In this document: one piece after another, positions 60,842-64,000 of the stretch
Position numbering within the stretch: the first letter of the stretch is position 1
Layout: every line of letters begins with the position of its first letter
DNA from: Spirochaetia bacterium
GTDB taxonomy: Bacteria; Spirochaetota; Spirochaetia; DSM-2461
Assembly (NCBI GenBank): GCA_963668315.1
Contig: OY764216.1
Span: 3,072,001-3,136,000, forward strand
Reading direction: 5' to 3'
DNA: 64,000 nucleotides
The notes under the pieces: generated by a model
The model's input: the letters and a program-made list of their open reading frames with translations, nothing else
Database searches by the model: none
Told to the model about the DNA's origin: nothing
Program-made: the position numbers and the translations under genes

Positions 60842-60902
60842 GATATCATTTTATACTGATAGGGGTATTTTTCCAAGAGTTTGAACGGAATGGGGGGTAT
60901 TA

Positions 60903-61283
60903 TTACCTGACATCCCATAGTTTTTGCAGATCCCGTGGCAGATCTCTATAATCGATGGTTTTCTTGCGGAAAGTTGTTTTATTCTTAAGATAATTTTCAA
61001 TCTTCAAAGCCTCACTATCGGTCAGACTGCGCTTATGACCGTCTTTCCAGAAAATAACATATTCCTGATCGATTAATTCCAGCTGTTTGATATCCGGGAG
61101 GAGGAGCCAGTTTAACTCCTTGGGAAGGGAAGAAATCGTCCACTCATCGATACAGGGATTCTTTAGTTCCGGCACATATTTCAGAATATGCTCAATCTCC
61201 CACCGGGAAAGATTTTTTTCTATATGAGGCCTGACTGACTTGAAGGACATGTTATCCCTGGATTTGGTAAATTTAAACATCAT
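60903..61283 (-). CDS. Hypothetical protein
   Basis: 126-aa ORF filling the gap; no recognised motif. Confidence 0.55.
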   Translation of the reverse strand: MMFKFTKSRDNMSFKSVRPHIEKNLSRWEIEHILKYVPELKNPCIDEWTISSLPKELNWLLLPDIKQLELIDQEYVIFWKDGHKRSLTDSEALKIENYLKNKTTFRKKTIDYRDLPRDLQKLWDVR

Positions 61284-61419
61284 AATTCGGTTCTTTCATC
61301 CAAAGAAAAGAAATATATCGCATATTGTAAATAAAACAAAGAAAATTGGGGATAAATCTGTCATAGCATGGAAGCGGGTCTCTTTTGAAAAAAGATGAAA
61401 GACGCTCTATAATACTCCT

Positions 61420-62055
61420 ATGAATAAAAGAACTCTCTACCTTGCGGTTATATTAGGCTTGACGGTAATAACTTTAGCGGCAGAAACATATAGAATCAAT
61501 GTGCCCTTCTACAAACAGGGAAAAGACGCTCCCTGGGCAGAGGATAAACTGGGCAATAAATCGGAATTAACCATTCGCACCCACGGCTGTGCGTTAACAT
61601 GTATCTCCATGGTCATATCCCATTTCAGTGAAGATCCGAGAACTCCCTCGGATATGAACGCCTGGCTGAAAAGAAACGGCGGATTTGAAGACGGATGGGA
61701 GGGTAGTCAATATCTGGGAGAAGTCGTTCTCAACTGGCCCGCATTGGCATCCTACGGTTCAGGATATGTTTATACCCGTTTTGACTGGCAGGCCCAGCCG
61801 GCGGATCTCCTGCTTATCCAGTACTATCTTGGTAAAGGAGTTCCGGTCATTGCCGAAGTAAAATATCGCGGAGCTCCTCACTATGTGGTCCTGACCGGTT
61901 ATGAGGGGGGGGATTTTCTGATGAATGATCCGGAAATCCCCGATCAGCACTCCTTTAACGGCTACTATAATATAGCCGATGAGTGGGGCTCCGGTCCGGG
62001 GCGGAATATTTATGGAATACGGGTGATTTATCCTGCAGGACTCATGGCGGAATGA
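61420..62055 (+). CDS. Secreted C39-like peptidase
   Basis: VPFYKQ, GCALTC.SM, HYVVLTG, NDP. Confidence 0.82.
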   Translation: MNKRTLYLAVILGLTVITLAAETYRINVPFYKQGKDAPWAEDKLGNKSELTIRTHGCALTCISMVISHFSEDPRTPSDMNAWLKRNGGFEDGWEGSQYLGEVVLNWPALASYGSGYVYTRFDWQAQPADLLLIQYYLGKGVPVIAEVKYRGAPHYVVLTGYEGGDFLMNDPEIPDQHSFNGYYNIADEWGSGPGRNIYGIRVIYPAGLMAE

Positions 62056-62144
62056 GCGGTATCCGGTTGGGGTATTTTCCAGGGAACTAAGAGAGTGTGA
62101 ACGGGTATTAAATCGATTCTATTTATCTCGGGAATAAAGTGGGA

Positions 62145-63380
62145 TTATATTGAAAACTGTTTATCTATAGGACTGATAACGCTTAGTGATCTTCTTTGGG
62201 CAACATGGGTATAGATCATCGTCGTATTAACATCGTTATGACCCAATAATTCCTGTATGGTTCTGATATCATATCCCGCTTCCACCAGATGGGTCGCAAA
62301 ACTATGACGGAGAGTATGAATCGTTGCTTTTTTTGTGATTCCGCTCTCCTTAAGGGATCTATGGAAATCCCGTTGTAAGCCCGATGGATGCTGATGATAT
62401 CGGCATGGCCTCTGAAAATTATCGTCTATGATGACTCGCGATGAGGGGAAAAGCCAGAACCAATTCCATTCTTTGCAGGCATTTGGATATTTTTTGTGAA
62501 TTCTGTCAGGAAGCCATACGCCGGGCTTGTCATACAGCCTGTCTTCCTTATAGAGCTTTTCCGCTTCTGCCATGGCTTTCTTTAAATCGGAATTCAATGT
62601 TTCGGGGAGAACGGTGAATCTTTCTTTGTTTCCCTTGGCTCCATAGAGATGAATCACGTTTTTATTCAGATCCATATCTTTAATTCGTAAGCTTAGACAT
62701 TCGTTAAGACGTAAGCCCGATCCATAGATCAATCTGCCCATGAATCTATAATTATCTTTCATGAGGGAAAAGATCTGTTTTATTTCTTCAATCGTCAGAA
62801 CTACGGGCAGTTTCGGAGGAATATGACTCCTGACGGGCATATTCATTTTGGTTGTATCCCTGTGTAATATATAGCGAAACAGGAAGAGAAGCGCATGATA
62901 AGCCTGGTTCTGAGTTGACTGACTGACCATTTCTACAACGGCTAGATTGGTGATGAAATGTTCATAGTCGTTTATATCAACTTTGTCCGCCTCCTTTTGG
63001 GTATACACTTTAAACCGATTCAGCCAGAAGCAGTAGCTTTCGATGGTCTGTCGGGCTCGTCTCATTAAAAACATTTTTTCCCGTAATGTTTTCTCCATAA
63101 ATTCCCATGTTGTAATTGGGGTATCAGTATCTTCAGTAGGGGTCTTCTTTTCACTGATAAGGAACAAATTAATCGCTTCCGCAGCTTGTTTTACCTGCCA
63201 GTCAGGTTGTGAGAGTTCCAGAAAAGATAGAAACTTCTGCAATGCCTTAGTTGAATGATCACCTGTCTTTAGAAAAGTCAGATACCGTTCGGTCCACATG
63301 ATGTAGTATTTAATTTTTTCAGCTGGTATATGATTGAGAGACTTTAAATAGTGAATATATTCATCAAAGCGTGATTCCAT
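62145..63380 (-). CDS. intI: Integron integrase (tyrosine recombinase) with N-terminal extension
   Basis: STQNQAY.AL, YGSGLR, KG.KER, IntI-specific insertion VWLP..I.KKYPNA..EW.W.WLFPS, HTLRHSFATHL, QELLGH, TTMIYTHV. Confidence 0.92.
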   Translation of the reverse strand: MESRFDEYIHYLKSLNHIPAEKIKYYIMWTERYLTFLKTGDHSTKALQKFLSFLELSQPDWQVKQAAEAINLFLISEKKTPTEDTDTPITTWEFMEKTLREKMFLMRRARQTIESYCFWLNRFKVYTQKEADKVDINDYEHFITNLAVVEMVSQSTQNQAYHALLFLFRYILHRDTTKMNMPVRSHIPPKLPVVLTIEEIKQIFSLMKDNYRFMGRLIYGSGLRLNECLSLRIKDMDLNKNVIHLYGAKGNKERFTVLPETLNSDLKKAMAEAEKLYKEDRLYDKPGVWLPDRIHKKYPNACKEWNWFWLFPSSRVIIDDNFQRPCRYHQHPSGLQRDFHRSLKESGITKKATIHTLRHSFATHLVEAGYDIRTIQELLGHNDVNTTMIYTHVAQRRSLSVISPIDKQFSI

Positions 63381-63622
63381 AGCTTATTTATCCCCTTATA
63401 TTGAAACTATCTAATAGTTAATAGGAGGGATAAATTGTCAAAAAATGGAATTGGGGTTAATATGTTTCATATATTCTCTGTTTATTTTATGAATTATGGG
63501 GAAAATAAGTCAAGGAATAAGTTATCTTTACAAAAGGTAACAACCATAGACCAACCCTACAAATAGAGAAGGACATCGCTTACAATTAATAGACATATTA
63601 GGATTCCGATTAGGAGGATAAT

Positions 63623-64000
63623 ATGTCACTTATGGAGATAACGATTATGGATCAGAAGAAGGAATTCATTTTGTTATGGCTCTCAGGGAAGCAAAGCTTC
63701 AGTAAGCTCTGTAGGGATTTCAACATTGCCCGTACCACCGGCTATCATTATGTTGAGAAATACAAGAAATGGGGAATGGACGGGCTTGCCAATCGCTCTA
63801 CCAGGCCCCATACATCACCAACACAAACGCCCCAACAAATAGTCGATAGAATCATCCAAATTAGGACAACGGGCCATACGAAAGGTTGGGGTGGTAAGAA
63901 GATCCTCTGGCAGCTTGAGCAGGATGGCGTGTATAAAGATCTGCCTGCCGTTTCTACTATAAATCTTATTCTCAGACGAAATGATCTCATCCCTGAAAGA
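63623..64000 (+). mobile_element. IS481-family transposase, N-terminal part (runs off window; absent from ORF track)
   Basis: SD AGGAGG at 63612; translation MSLMEITIMDQKKEFI...SFSKLCRDFNIARTTGY...GMDGLANRSTRPHTSP...WGGKKI...LPAVSTINLILRRN. Confidence 0.85.

Noticed and set aside
60903..62144. Genes left of intI as integron cassettes
   Set aside because: Mixed orientation, the C39 gene has its own promoter, and no attC-like sites flank them.
63535..63610. attC site starting at TAACAA
   Set aside because: No RYYYAAC start and no matching GTTRRRY end or paired L boxes.
63748..63990. 80-aa minus-strand ORF
   Set aside because: Antisense to the plus-strand IS481 transposase.

Overview
Chromosomal window from an anaerobic bacterium, most likely a free-living spirochaete. 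The basis is the gene order rimP-nusA-infB-rbfA-truB-rpsO-pnp-dut-lipoprotein-lptF-lptG-tgt-murJ-HEAT, an acidic Zn-ribbon tail on NusA, and rnfCDGEAB. Most of it is housekeeping: translation and tRNA modification, sulfur amino-acid synthesis under an Rrf2 regulator, citrate synthase, hisHF, clpP, purC, thiI and Rnf. Accessory modules sit between these: (i) TetR plus an extracytosolic flavinylated reductase lipoprotein; (ii) a ROK-controlled PPi-PFK / PIG-L deacetylase / SIS cluster behind a perfect 41-bp palindrome; (iii) an RNHCP-rsgA pair behind an unannotated leader peptide and alternative hairpins; (iv) an AT-rich right end with an integron integrase diverging from a truncated IS481-family transposase. 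Other points: rnfB has a 1-bp frameshift, a radical SAM gene appears to need a non-canonical start codon, and about eight genes look leaderless. I saw no rRNA, tRNA or CRISPR array. All calls come from reading motifs by eye; no database searches were run.
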